From Negaprion brevirostris (lineage: Eukaryota): a stretch of 64,000 nt of DNA. The translations under genes were made by a program, and so were the position numbers. Position 1 is the stretch's first letter. The number at the start of each line of letters is the position of its first letter. The stretch lies in NCBI GenBank assembly GCA_030324005.1, contig JARDVH010000001.1:139425612-139489611 (forward strand). The letters run 5' to 3'. The notes under the pieces were generated by a model. That model was not told the origin of the DNA and ran no database searches. It worked only from the letters and a program-made list of their open reading frames with translations. Below are positions 25,321 through 37,871 of the stretch, one piece after another.

Positions 25321-26267
25321 CTATCTTTCCTGTCAGGTTCATCAATTCCCTTATTTGTTTGATTTATTAATTAGCTCAACTTTTTAAAACTGAATTGATT
25401 ATTTTAATTTTACTTTTTAATTGGTTTATTCAATTTTAGTTACTAACTTAGTAAAATAGCAGCAAGCAGTGTTTCCTAGCTTGGAGATAAAAACTGTAAT
25501 ACCCACCCAATTATCACCTATCTGCTATCCTGTGATGTTAAACTTAAGTTTAGTTACTTTTGCAAATCCAGCCACCTTTTTTCTCTATCTTCCGATCTCT
25601 CTGGTGCAAACTCCTAGTGGAGGTAAAAACTCCTTCCCTTTCTGCAATGAATTCCTACTTGCATCAAACTCATGACTTTAGCATTCTGTGCTCAGTTCTG
25701 CTATAACTCCATGCACCAGCAGAACTCACACTGATCCATGGAGACCAGGAAAATTATCGGTCTGGTTTCAGGCTGTGTACAGTTCAGTGATCTCCAACAT
25801 AATCAGCATTTTTATGATTANNNNNNNNNNNNNNNNNNNNNNNNNNNNNNNNNNNNNNNNNNNNNNNNNNNNNNNNNNNNNNNNNNNNNNNNNNNNNNNN
25901 NNNNNNNNNNNNNNNNNNNNNNNNNNNNNNNNNNNNNNNNNNNNNNNNNNNNNNNNNNNNNNNNNNNNNNNNNNNNNNNNNNNNNNNNNNNNNNNNNNNN
26001 NNNNNNNNNNNNNNNNNNNNNNNNNNNNNNNNNNNNNNNNNNNNNNNNNNNNNNNNNNNNNNNNNNNNNNNNNNNNNNNNNNNNNNNNNNNNNNNNNNNN
26101 NNNNNNNNNNNNNNNNNNNNNNNNNNNNNNNNNNNNNNNNNNNNNNNNNNNNNNNNNNNNNNNNNNNNNNNNNNNNNNNNNNNCTATAAGGGTGGAGTAG
26201 TGTTGGAAATATATTAACTCCTTCATTACTGAATTTCTAATTGCAGAAATCAATATCCATCATTTTT

Positions 26268-26690
26268 TTTGTTCACACAAGGGTTGTGGGTGCCACTGGC
26301 TAGGCCAGCATTTATTGCCCATCCCCAATTGCCCCTTGAAAATGTAATGGTGAGCTGCCTTCTGAACTGCTGCAGTCAATGTGGAGTAGATACACTCACA
26401 GTGCTCTTGGGGAAGGAGTCCTGGGATTTTGACCCAGCGACAGTGAAGTAATGGTGATATACTTCCAAGTCAAGATGGTAAGTGGCTTGGAGGGGAACCT
26501 CCAAGTGGTGGTGTTTCCATGTGCCTGCTGACCTTTTTCTTCTAGATGGAAGTGGTTGTGGGTTTGGAAAGTGCTGACCTAGAAGTTTTAGTGAGTTCCT
26601 GAAATGTATCTTGTAGATGGAACACACTGCTGCTATTATGCATTGGTGGTGAAGGATGTAAATGTTTTGGATGGAGTGCCAATCAAAATT
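26268..26690 (-). mobile_element. L2/CR1-group LINE 3' fragment
   Basis: Reverse-strand homologue of 15700-16100 (HHQCIIAAVCSIYKIHFRNSLKLL; CCAGCATTTATTGCCCATCCC tail). Confidence 0.8.
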
Positions 26691-27777
26691 ATGCAATGAC
26701 AGGTCCTCTATATAAACTTGCTTGGTCACATTTTTGGACATGAAAATGATGGTATGCAGACTATACAGACTAGAAGGGTTTGGCGTGATGATNNNNNNNN
26801 NNNNNNNNNNNNNNNNNNNNNNNNNNNNNNNNNNNNNNNNNNNNNNNNNNNNNNNNNNNNNNNNNNNNNNNNNNNNNNNNNNNNNNNNNNNNCTATACAG
26901 ACTAGAAGGGTTTGGCGTGATGATCACCTTTCTTAGGCTTCATCAAAATACTTTGGGTGAACCACTAGAGACAGCTCACTCATTCTGAGCAATTGTGACT
27001 TTGGGAATGTTCCTGTTCCTCCTGGTCCAGATTAAACTTAAAGAAAGTAAAGATCATCGACCTGAAACATCCTTAACTCTGTTTTTCTCTCTACTGGCAA
27101 TGCCAGACCTACTGATTATTTCCAGCATGTTTTGTTTTTATTTCAAATTCCAAAGGAAACTTTCTTTGTTGGCAGTCACTTTATAGGGAGTATGAACGCC
27201 AAGGAACAGAGTATACCCAGCACCTGCCTTGCTCAGGCCAATTTCCCAATAGAGCGAATAATATACATATTTGCCTCCCCAGAATGTCCTTATCACTTGT
27301 TTTTGATGGGCACCTTAAATGCCTGAAAAATTGCCTGAACCAATATTGGGTTGCACATCTTCCAGGCACCGTCAGGGCACAGAAGGTTAGTCCCTGAATT
27401 TAGCCCCTGTTTTATTCCTTTAAGATGGACTCAATTTGGTATGGTTTCCATCCCATTCTGTTTTATGCTTGAAACCAAAGCCTGAATATTTGTTCCTGCA
27501 GAATCAGGACAATGTCCAGCTCCATAAATCCAACTTCTGGAGTCAGTGCCATGGAATGTTGGATTATCAGTTTGGGTGTGGGACCGGGATGGGGGAGTGG
27601 AGTTGTGGGTGAAAATGGGAGTCAAGGAAAGAACAAGAAGAGTGAGCTTGGAATGATAATGGAGGCTGCGGGGGAGGGGGTCAGTGGGTAGTGGAAGGCC
27701 TGTCCTATGCACTGGCACTGTGTTGACATTTTTTTAAAGAAACAATAAAATATAAAACTGCCCTCCAGCCCTCACCC

Positions 27778-28113
27778 CTAGTGATATTATCGCTAGATTA
27801 TTAATCCAGGAAATCAGCGAATGTTCTGGGGGCCAAGTTCGAATCCCGTCACGGCAAATGGTGGAATTTGAATTAAGAATCTACTGATGATGATGACGAT
27901 GAAACCATTGTCGATTGTCAGAAAAACCCACCTAGCTCACTAATGTCCTTTACTGAAGGAAATCTGCCATCCTCACCTGGTCTGCCCTACATGTGGCTCC
28001 AGAGCCACAGCAACGTAGTTGACTTCTCAACTGCCCCGAAAGGACAATTAAGGATGGGCAATAAGTGCTGGCCAGCCAGCAACGCCGAAGTCTCACAAAT
28101 GAATTAAAAAAAA
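27778..28113 (+). mobile_element. tRNA-derived SINE with L2-like tail
   Basis: GTTCGAATCCC B box; collinear with 63519-63899; ends AATGAATTAAAAAAAA. Confidence 0.85.
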
Positions 28114-29058
28114 CACTTATTTCCCACATACTCCTGATCAAATCAACTCATGCCATCCCTTGCCTCCAACCAGCCCCAATGGCCCCTCATACCCTTTATG
28201 TTAACTCTACCCTTCCACCAATTTCCCACCACCCTTTGTAGCCCCTGTGCCAACTTAGTACCAACAGATGCCCTAAACCCATTCCCTTTGCCCTAAGATC
28301 TACCATGGCAGCTCACCCAGTATCCACCATTGACAGAACTCAGGGCCCAATGGTGAGATCAGATAAAATACATTTCTTAAGTGTCTATTGAAGAATTCAC
28401 CATTTCAAAAAAATACTCTGATGAAAAACACAATTGCTACATTGAATTTCCTTCGACCCCATGTAAACTTTATTTAATCACTTATTTAAAAAAAAACAAA
28501 CATTGGAATTCATAGTCCCTTTTCAAATAGTCTGTAAAGCACTTGGAATTATCAGTCAAACTGTGAACTGAGAGGCATCTCACATGATAGTGAAGATTGT
28601 GAAATCAGTCATGCAGCATTAAGCAGTAATGATAATCCTCAGGTTTATGTATTCAGAGTGAAATAGCAAGCACTGGGATTAAATGCAGCAGTTTTTTTAA
28701 ATTCAAATATGTAAAGGGCAGGAGTTTTAAATGCATTGACAGTTTGATAGATTGGCAGTTCCTTTTGATGGTTCCAATGAGCTTGGCAGTTCAATTTATG
28801 CACTTCTATATACTTTCATGTCTACTTTTAACAATACCAAAGGGAACAATACTTGTCTCAAAGAGCAACTGATCTTTCCTTAAAGGCAGCTTATCTCTCC
28901 CACAAAGCACCTTACATCCGCTAACGGTATCTAGGGACCATATCAAAGAGGTACCTTATCTCTCCAAAAGGATACTCCATCTATCCAAGAAACTCTGCAA
29001 AGTTTATTCCTGCTCCTACTCACTCATGGCTGGTGAAAATCTGATGTGTCATGACTAT

Positions 29059-29184
29059 GTGCGGAATTTTACAACCTCGCTCAGGCAAGGCTCACAAAAT
29101 CCAGCCCGAGGCTAACGGAGAATTCCATTCTGTGAGCCTCACTCGCTCCAATTCCAGGGTGGGCAAAAAGTTAGAATTCTGGTG
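29059..29184. mobile_element. Short (~125 bp) Harbinger-like MITE
   Basis: Starts GTGCGGAATTTTACA; internal AAAATCCAGCCCGAG is shared with 37555-37682 and 53522-53643. Confidence 0.6.
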
Positions 29185-29188
29185 TAGG

Positions 29189-30160
29189 TGTGATGACAGT
29201 GTTATAAATTGTGAAAACTGGATTTTAAAAATTATGTTTTAAAAATGGATTGTAAGTCAAAATGGTTTACATGACTTCTCTTGTGAATTTTAACCATTCT
29301 GTCTTGCCTCACAAGGAAACTAAGGATGCATTCTCACACATGAAAGCAATTGGAATTTAATGAGTGTTCAATGAATCTAAATAGATGCTATTGACTTTGA
29401 TATCCCTTCACATACAAAGACATTGACTGATGAGAAATGTTAAGGTGGAAATGTCACCACAGCTGGTGGAAGGAGAGTTCAGACGATAATTAAAACTATT
29501 ATAATGTCTTATTTGGAAGGTGACTTGGCATTTGTTATAGGGTCACATGGTCCGGTAGTCCACTTTAACTCCTTGTTGAGAATGTAGCGAACTGATACAA
29601 GCAGATAGAACTCCATGGCAAAACTTTGGACATCAAACTGTAATCAACCAGGCTTCAAAAACAGGGCCACACTGACATTCACTGAAAGAGAAATAAATAA
29701 CCTCCTCTCTCTCCTCTCTTCCATCTTCAAACTTACCTATGAAACCAACCTCTGGCAGATCAACTAAGAGAATTGCCACAATAGCTGAGATATCTCTGCC
29801 ATTTCAAAGCCTTCACTTCAGACAATGTAACAATATGACTATGAAATACCAGGCCTGCATTAAATCAGAGACTGATATCCATTTCATTTTCCTAAGCATT
29901 GTATTTTATTAACCCTCCTCTGTACCTAGGTTTCATATGTGTGTCTGTGAGTGAGAGAATGATGTCGTTTTCTTTAGTAACCTCCAGGGCAAGGGTGTGA
30001 ACAAAAATAAACGAATGCTTTTCCTCCGTAAATGAAAGGCTTCCTGCTGGCTTATTTAAAATTGACACGCTCAGTTGAAGGGTAAGAAACACATACACTC
30101 ACTTACAAATATAAATGATCATGGGCAATAAAAGATAACACATTAAAATTGTCCATAACA
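29189..30160. mobile_element. Possible solo LTR
   Basis: TG...CA ends with imperfect inverted termini (TGTGATGACA / TGTCCATAACA) and AATAAA near the 3' end; no clear TSD. Confidence 0.35.
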
Positions 30161-32906
30161 GACAAGACTGATGGCAGCTGTTGTTTATATGGACAGCTGC
30201 CTGTGTGAACCAAGGATGTGCAACTTGGAACCAGCTCCCATTGTTCCCCCCAGCCTCCCAACAACACTGCAAAAATGGTGGGGGCTGTGTTCAGGGGCAG
30301 GACTTCCAGTTCCAGCCTCCAGCACTATTTTCACAATCTAAGTTCAGGCTTAAGACCTTTTACACACTGCCTAATGTGAATGGCTCCTTTGGTGGCCTCT
30401 GTGTTACGAATAAACTATAGAGATGCAGGTTTGATAAATGGTGAACAGCATTTATTTTTCTGGCCAGGAAATGTTCGTATAAAGGGTTTATTATGAAGCA
30501 AATATAATGGAGATTTGTCATGAGGCATCTTCATTATCTCTTTTGAATGTACAGAGATGGTGGAAGATTAGGATATTGAATGTAAGACAGCCTGCAGTGA
30601 ATTAAAGGGAGAAGCAGCTTGATAGATCAAGTGGCTGATTCCTAACCTAAACGGGGTAATTTATACTTTCAGACATGTAGGTTCAGAAGTGCACACTGGG
30701 AATTGAGTACTCCCTTTGCAGGCCAATTCCTAAAAACATCCTTTACTTCCCAATGTGCATGAAAAGACAGCCTATCCCATACTAAGCCCCAATTACCTGC
30801 CTTCACTCATCCCTGGTCATTCCAACTTAAATGTTTTTATTCTCATCCAAACATCCCTTCATATCCTCTTCTCACTGTACCTCTGCAACTTCCTTCAGCT
30901 GCACATCTCTCCTCATGCTTAATTGCTTTTTTGAATCTGCCTAAGGTGCAATTTGTTTCCCTCAATTGTCACACTGAAGATGGAACATCAGCCATTTTGT
31001 TGCATAATTTCCTTCCTAAACACCATAATTATGTTTCCCTACCTTCAAAGTAACCCAACTTAACATTCTCAGGCAATTCAAAAAGGAATAGAATTAATTT
31101 AATGCATGGATGAATGCATTTAAAATTCAGCTAGTTAAATATATGAGGAAGAGTTCATAGAAAGATACATTTATATGGTGATTTGAAATAAATAAAGTGG
31201 GTGGAGGTTTGTGTTAAACATAGACAACAGCATAGATTGGTTGGGCTTTAAGCTCCCTTTTTGTGCTGCAATTTGTAGGTAAGATTTCTATATGACATCT
31301 TTAAAAATATTTCTATGCAGAGGATTTCTTAATTGTTAGCAATGAACTTAATGATTCACATGTATAAATATGACTTCTTAACTGCCTATTGCTAATACAA
31401 TTATGTAATATTGGCTATTTGATCTGTTACAGTTGATCTGCACAAAAATGCAAAGAATTCCTCCTTGCCAGTAAGCTCCTAAAACAGTCCCAATATGAAG
31501 TCTTGTCTACCTTATCTAGATGAAGATGACCTTATCAAATCAGTAAGAATCACTTCATGAACCGTCAAGCACATACTAATATTGTACTGATCTTTAGAGC
31601 CTGCACTGATTTCACCACAAACTGGACAACAGTAGGCAATTGTCACTCTTGTAGTTAAAACTGGTGTTGGGAAGAACCTTTTCATTTGGGTAGGGCAATG
31701 CACCATATATTTATTCAAGGTTATTTAATGGGAAAATTGCAAGGGTTGTTTTCCTGGGTGTTTAAATTAAGGAAGACCATCTGACCCCTTTAATCCAGTG
31801 ATTGAGTGAATGAAATTCAATTCATTGACAAAATGTCTGAACTCAGCAACTGCAGACTGAGACTATTGTAACTAATGCTTTGTTAGTTATGAAAATTGCT
31901 TTTATCCAATTTATTACCACATTTATTGTGTACCACTCTTACCAAGCTGTGTTGTAGTCAGAAATGTGGCTTCTACCCTTTGATCCTGCCACCCAAAGCG
32001 TACTGTGAACAGTTTAATTGTTGGATTGTGGCTACATCTTTTGCCACCATGTTGAGCAACAGTTAAATTACATTTTCCCAACACTTTCCATAAAGTTGTT
32101 TTTATCAACTTCAGTTTGACCAGCTTAATTTGAGCACCAAGATCTTGTTAACCCCTCTCAACAGTTTGAGTATTTTCAGATATCTGGGGTGAGGGGATAC
32201 CTTGTTGTTATCTCCATGACTGTAACCTTCAGAACCTCAAAGGTAAACACCTCATTGTATCTAATGTCTGAATTAGCTTCAGTTTCTGGACAGTTATTGT
32301 CCATGCCAAAATAATCTTGAACATCCTTGTTTGGCTTTTCACTGAGTCTTGCATCCTAGTCCATTGTTCTCGCGAGGCCATCACTGTGTATTTCACAGTT
32401 CTCCATCGCCAAATATTCTTTTTTTTTGTGCTTGCAAAGGGCAAACATTTACATACATTATGAATAAACCATTCAGTTTGTGGCCTGTTTCATAAAAAAT
32501 TAATGGGGAGAAGAAATTTGGCCAGTACTACTTCTCATGGCTTGCTTCTTTGCCATCGTTGAAGAATGTAACACAGGAGACATCGGTCATACTGTTGCCC
32601 AACCTGATGAGTTGAGTGAGAGATAATGCCATGCAGATTAATTCTAATAATAAGAATTAGCTTCTTACTAAAGCAAGAGCAATGTCAAAGGCAACTCATT
32701 CTGTAATTGCCGTAAAGCGCATTGAGCAAATCAAATCTGCAACTTATTCTAGCTTCAAAAATTGTGATAGTGAGCATAACTTAGATAAATTGTTTTAATA
32801 TTGTCTCATATGTTGAATGCTTTAAATATTGTTCTGAATTAGATTTCTGAAACCAAAGCTATTTTCTATTTTGCCTTCTCTTTGTCTTTGGTGATTCCAT
32901 CCAATT

Positions 32907-33905
32907 GGGGTGGTTTTGAGCTCCCGTTAGCTGTGAGTGTAGAAGGCAATGGAGGCCCAAAATAGCGCAATAATCAGAGATCTTCTTTTCCGATTTTTCC
33001 CGCCACTCCCCTTTGAAATACTGAGGTTCCCACCCTCATTTAAATCCATTTAATAAATTAACATACACCTAAAGGGTTTCCCCACCATACCTTGCCCCCG
33101 ATAAAGAAACCCCCCCTCACCAAAGTGACGTCACGCCGTCTTTACTACAGATATTGAAAAATGCGAAGCACTCAAAGGGAACCCACCAGGAGTGCAAAGG
33201 TAAGTATAGCTTCTGGAGGGAGAGAGACCTACTCTGGCAGTATCATCCTGGCTGTGCCAATGTGTCAGTGCTGCCCTGGCAATGCGAACTTAGCAATTAG
33301 CCCTGGCCAGTGCTAACTTAGCAGTGCCACCCTGACAGTGCCACACCGGTGGTGTCAACCTGGCAATATCACTTAGGAACTGCCAACCTGGCACTGCCAA
33401 GGAGGACACTCTGGGGAGCACCATTTTGGGGTTCCCCAGTCTCACCTTATGGGTGGGGGGCCTGCCTAGTGCTTGTGGGCGTTTGGTTTTCTCTGGTGCC
33501 TGTGGGTTGCCCAGTGTTTCTGGAGGTGAGAGGTGTTGCCCTGGTCTTTGCGGGGGGGGGGTTAGGGATGGCCTGATGCTTGTGAAGGGAGAGGAGGGTG
33601 CTCCGGTGCTTGGGATATTGGTGGGGGTTGGGGGGGGCGGGGGAATGTTGGGGGAGGGATGGTGGGATGCGGGGGGTGGCCTGGTGCTTGTGGGGTCATA
33701 TCCATGGGAGGTGGGAGAGGAAGTTTTCATTTATGGAGATGACGCTGAAAGCTTGATCAGGCCCCACCCCGACAGCACAATGGCAAAATGCCCTTCCCCA
33801 GATTTTCTGTGTGCAAAACCCCATCATATCCAGAGGGAACCTTCGCTGCACATTGGTGTTCTTATCCCAGCCAGCACTCTGTGTACTGAGTGCAAAATTC
33901 CCTCC
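32907..33905. mobile_element. ~1 kb Harbinger-like MITE
   Basis: Termini GGGGTGGTTTTG / CAAAATTCCCTCC with ATT on both sides (3-bp TSD); interior has GGCA(G/C)TGCC micro-repeats and a G-rich tract. Confidence 0.7.
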
Positions 33906-33920
33906 ATTCATTCACTTATT

Positions 33921-34127
33921 AGCCAGGATTTTCCCACACACCTGCCACCTGTTTTCCAGCAGCAAAGGGAGCTTGCCATGAGCCACCGGTGGGACCTGCT
34001 GGCCTGGCTGTGGCCTATGGTGTTTCGTATGACTCATCCGTCCCACTTCGGGGAAACCTGCCTTGGGAGATCACTTTCAGTGGGACAGGAAGTTCTCACT
34101 GGTGTGAAGGTCCTGAAAATCCTGCCC
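33921..34127. mobile_element. ~200 bp Harbinger-like MITE
   Basis: TIRs AGCCAGGATTTTC / GAAAATCCTGCCC (11 of 13 match) with a perfect ATT TSD; homologous to 39800-39998. Confidence 0.78.
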
Positions 34128-34479
34128 ATTATCTTTGTGATTTCCTGTCATCCGTTCTTTCAAGTTGCATTGTTCATTTTCCCTGTTCTCCAAATAGGTC
34201 TCCTAGCCTGCTTAAGAACACCAATCTCTGGAAAGCAAACCAATCCTTCAAATCCATCTGTGTTCCTGTATGAGTGTGAACTTAGTCGCATTGAGTCAGC
34301 AAATACTCTTGTAGATTTAATAACTCACAAACACTCACACTCAAGATTAGCTGAACATCGCCACTGCAAGTAGCTGTTGAATGTGAATCTTGCTTTCTAT
34401 TTAACCAGGACATCTGCTTTGTGCTGTTGATAGAAGCCAAATGAAAGAGACTTCATTATGAAAGTCCTTCTTTATTATT

Positions 34480-34740
34480 TATTCAAAAAAGGGAGGTAGA
34501 GAGAAAGCAGGGAAGCATAGACCAGCGAGCCTAACATTGATACTGGGGAAGTTACTGGAGTCTATTACAAAGAATATGATAACTTGGCATTTGGAAGAGA
34601 GTGGTATAGTCAGACAAAGTCAGCATAGATTTACAAAAGGGAAATCACGTTTGACAAATCTTTTGGAGTTTTTTGAGGATGTAACTAGTAGAGGTACTGA
34701 ATGGCCTACTCCTGCTTCTAGTTTCTACATTTCTATGTTT
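34480..34740 (+). mobile_element. CR1 LINE fragment: start of RT fused directly to the 3' tail
   Basis: Reads GKLLESI...QSQHRFTKGKSRLTNLLEFFEDVT, then immediately GAATGGCCTACTCCTGCTTCTAGTTTCTACATTTCTATG. Confidence 0.85.
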
Positions 34741-35649
34741 AAACACACACAGTCTTCAGAATTGAATAAACAATACTTCAGTGGAAACTTCAGACAAAGA
34801 AGTTTGAGTTCAATACTTACTTTTCCGTGACCAAGACTGATAACATGGCTGGGATCATTTAACTTTATCCTGCAGCCAATTTCCTCATATTAGTGTCCTT
34901 CCAAGTCATCTTTCCATGCTCCTCACATCTTAAATTCCTACTGTATCAGAGGCAGAGAACACTGTGCAAACTGTGTCAATTCTGTCATTTATATTCCAAG
35001 CAGCTCTCTAATAAGCAAAAGTGGAATATAGCGTGCTCCAAAAAGAAAGCACACAATGGAATGAAGGTGTTGGTAATTCTCTAGGGGTAATTGAAAGACA
35101 GCCAGATCTGCCTGCTACTGTCATTTCAATAGAAAAGAAATCAGAAACCAGCAATTAGTCATACATAACCGCTGGGCAAGATCACTGTGCAGTATTAATA
35201 AAGGCAGTGTTTACATACAAGCAAATGCAGGAAGGGGACCTCAATACAAGAATGGAAAAGCTACTCCTGGGGACAAGAGAAGGCATGTATTTTCTGGAAA
35301 CTGAAAGGGACATTGCTGATAGGTAGGAGAGTCTGAAACAGCATAGCTCATCCATCATGTTCACAATTATACTCTGCAAAACAAAACAAAAAGCTTCTGA
35401 GCACCGCATCAAATCTTGAAATGGGACAGACAGAATACCTATATCTGAAACATCACAGGAGTATACACAAGACTTTACAGCTTTGGGAGTGAAGACAGCA
35501 GTGTGCATTTTATACAGTGATTCATACTCAACCCAGAATGATTTTTAGAGGAAGTTATTCTCAGAATAAATCACCGTTTTATTTTCTGCTTCTCTATGTT
35601 CATTAAATAGTAGTATGCTGATGTCAGCTCTTAAAAGATTTCTCTGCTT

Positions 35650-35816
35650 TAGAATCATAGAATCATAGGATCCCTACAATGCAGAAGGAGGCCATTCAGC
35701 CCATCAAGTCTGTACTGACCACAATTCCACCCACGCCCTATTCCCATAACCCCTCACATTTACCTTGCTAATCCCCCTGATACTGGGGTCACTTTAGCAT
35801 GGCCAATCAAACTAAC
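35650..35816 (-). mobile_element. HE1-type SINE, 3' half
   Basis: AGAATCATAGAATCATAGGATCCCTACAATGCAGAAGGAGGCCATTC. Confidence 0.85.
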
Positions 35817-36074
35817 TATTATGTACTATATTATATATATGTGTGAAAACACAGACAGGCAGGATTTAAAGAACTGTCCTCTATTTCTTAAAACATAAAT
35901 ATCAATAATTTATACACTTCCAACTTTCGATGTTGCACTGCTCTCCATGTTCTCATTCACAATTTCATTTGATAGTTACCCTTTTTCTCAAGGGATCAGC
36001 ACCTGAGGTTATCAGTTGTAATAATTATTTATCTGATCATGAATTCTAGGGTTCTGGAAAGTTCTATTGCAACA

Positions 36075-36290
36075 TATAAAGGTGAAGTTGCCATAGCCCC
36101 AGATGACAAAAGGCTGCTCTCCCCTTTGATGGGGACAACTGACTGGTGGAGAATTAACTTGAGGATCACCACACCTCAGGTGCGGGGCAAAATTGAGAAG
36201 GGGGGCCTTCATGAATAACCTCAGCTGCTACAGGAATTGAACCCACATTGTTGATATTCCTCTTCATCACAAACTAGCTGTCAAACCATT
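36075..36290 (-). mobile_element. tRNA-derived SINE of a third family
   Basis: Minus-strand B box GGGTTCAATTCC followed by GCTGAGGTTATTCATGAAGGCC; resembles a common shark SINE recalled from memory. Confidence 0.55.
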
Positions 36291-36779
36291 AGCTTTTCTT
36301 TTATATCAAATACACAATGGTAATGCAAAGACAGCACTTTATAAAAAGGCATTCTTCCCAAAATTACAGCAGTGTTAACACTTCACAGATACTTCGTTGT
36401 TCATAAAGTGCTTTGGGATATCCTACAGTCATTATAAATTCAAGCCTTTTCTTTGTTTTCTAGATTTTACAGTTATCAGGTATTTTACAGTTGTATAGTT
36501 TATTAGAAACTACAGCATTATTCAAAGCTTCCAATCGTGGAGTGGAGTGAAATGTTTGATATGGAACCAGGCATCAAACACTCGGCCAAATTTTCCATTG
36601 ATAGGTGGGTGGGGAGATCTGATAGTGCCACTGGTATACCCCCAGCAAAGTTCAACATTATCTTAATGAATGCTACCTAGGATTTCTCTCTTCTTTTTGT
36701 TGTGAAATTCATCTCCTGGCAAGTGCTTCAGGAAGAAGTCACCATGCTTCTCACAAGTTGCCTATTATTGCAGCATGCT

Positions 36780-36895
36780 TAGAATCCCTACAGTGCAGAA
36801 GGAGGCCATTCAATCCATGGAGTCTGACCAACAACAATGCCACCCAGGCCCTATCCCCATGACCCCATGTACTTACCCTGCTAATTCACTTACAC
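36780..36895 (-). mobile_element. HE1-type SINE tail fragment
   Basis: AGAATCCCTACAGTGCAGAAGGAGGCCATTC...CACCCAGGCCCTATCCCC. Confidence 0.8.
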
Positions 36896-37044
36896 AGGTA
36901 CAGACCATCCTCCGTCATCACAAATAACCACCTTCATGTAAGTCAAGGCACAGTGTGCTGGCAGCATGTTTGACTATAATGGGTATCCAACCTATCCCAA
37001 TTCTATTTCCCGGCATTCACATTCCCAAAGTGTACTTCCAAGAA

Positions 37045-37101
37045 GAGGTCAATGGATAATGATGAATGCTGGAGGTCAGTGGATAATGATGAATGCTGGA
37101 G
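37045..37101. repeat. 27-bp tandem duplication
   Basis: GAGGTCA(A/G)TGGATAATGATGAATGCTG occurs twice in tandem with one mismatch. Confidence 0.9.
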
Positions 37102-37281
37102 CCCTGGCCAACTTCTTGTCACTGGTTAATTTTCCTCCTACATGTTGAGGCAATTTGGTGTCCCAAGTAACTGAACACATGGATGTTCCTGCTCTGCATA
37201 GCTCACTATTAAATCAGATAGTGTCATTGCACGTAAAAACATTGGGCGACTTGAGGGTTTCAGACAGTGTTAAAATTTTAC

Positions 37282-37446
37282 TATAGCACAACTCATCGAA
37301 AAGCTTTATTTACACACATTGTTTTCAGAAATTGGTTATATATGCGTTCAATCTATGATGGATAAAGCATGTTAGTTGTAATGCATATATAACCAATTTC
37401 TGAAAACAATGTGTATAAATAAAGCTTTTCAATGAGTTGTGCTATA
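37282..37446. repeat. 64-bp inverted repeat (foldback) with 37-nt spacer
   Basis: 37282-37345 and 37383-37446 are reverse complements with 2 mismatches. Confidence 0.95.
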
Positions 37447-37450
37447 CAAC

Positions 37451-37871
37451 CATAGAAATCATAGAATCCCTACAGTGCAGAAACTTGCACCGACAACAAT
37501 CCCACCCAAGCCCTGTTCCCATAACTCCTTGTACTTACCCTGCTAATCCCTCTAGGGGTGGGATTTTACAGCCTTGCTCATCTCAAAATCGTAAAATCCC
37601 GCCCGAGATCAATGGATCTTTCCATTGTCTACCTCTTGCCCGCTCCGATTCTTGCGGTGGGCAGGAGTGTAAAATTCCAGCCACAGTGTCAATTTAGCAT
37701 GACCAATCAACTTAACCTGCACATCTGTGGGCTGTGGGAGGAAACCAGAGCACACCGAGGAAACCCATGCACACACAGGGAGAACATGAAAACTCCACAC
37801 AGACAGTTGCCCGAGGCCTGAATTGAACCTAGGTCCCTGGGGCTGTGAGACAGCCACTGTGCCACCATGCC
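37451..37871 (-). mobile_element. HE1-type SINE interrupted by a MITE at 37555-37682
   Basis: Tail runs to CTAATCCCTCTA and resumes GTCAATTTAGCATGACCAATC through to the head CCACTGTGCCACCATGCC. Confidence 0.88.
37555..37682. mobile_element. Short Harbinger-like MITE
   Basis: TIRs GGGGTGGGATTTTACA / TGTAAAATTCCAGCC. Confidence 0.75.

Noticed and set aside
26761-26924. 32-bp exact direct repeat flanking a 100-N gap (superficially CRISPR-like)
   Set aside because: Same contig-overlap artefact; only two copies, the spacer is Ns, and the DNA is eukaryotic.
33426-34373. 315-aa ORF, the longest in the window
   Set aside because: Gly-rich low-complexity frame running across two MITEs with TIRs and TSDs; no recognisable domain.
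35182-35373. Good minus-strand acceptor followed by an open frame
   Set aside because: No convincing donor and no recognisable protein; not enough support for an exon.
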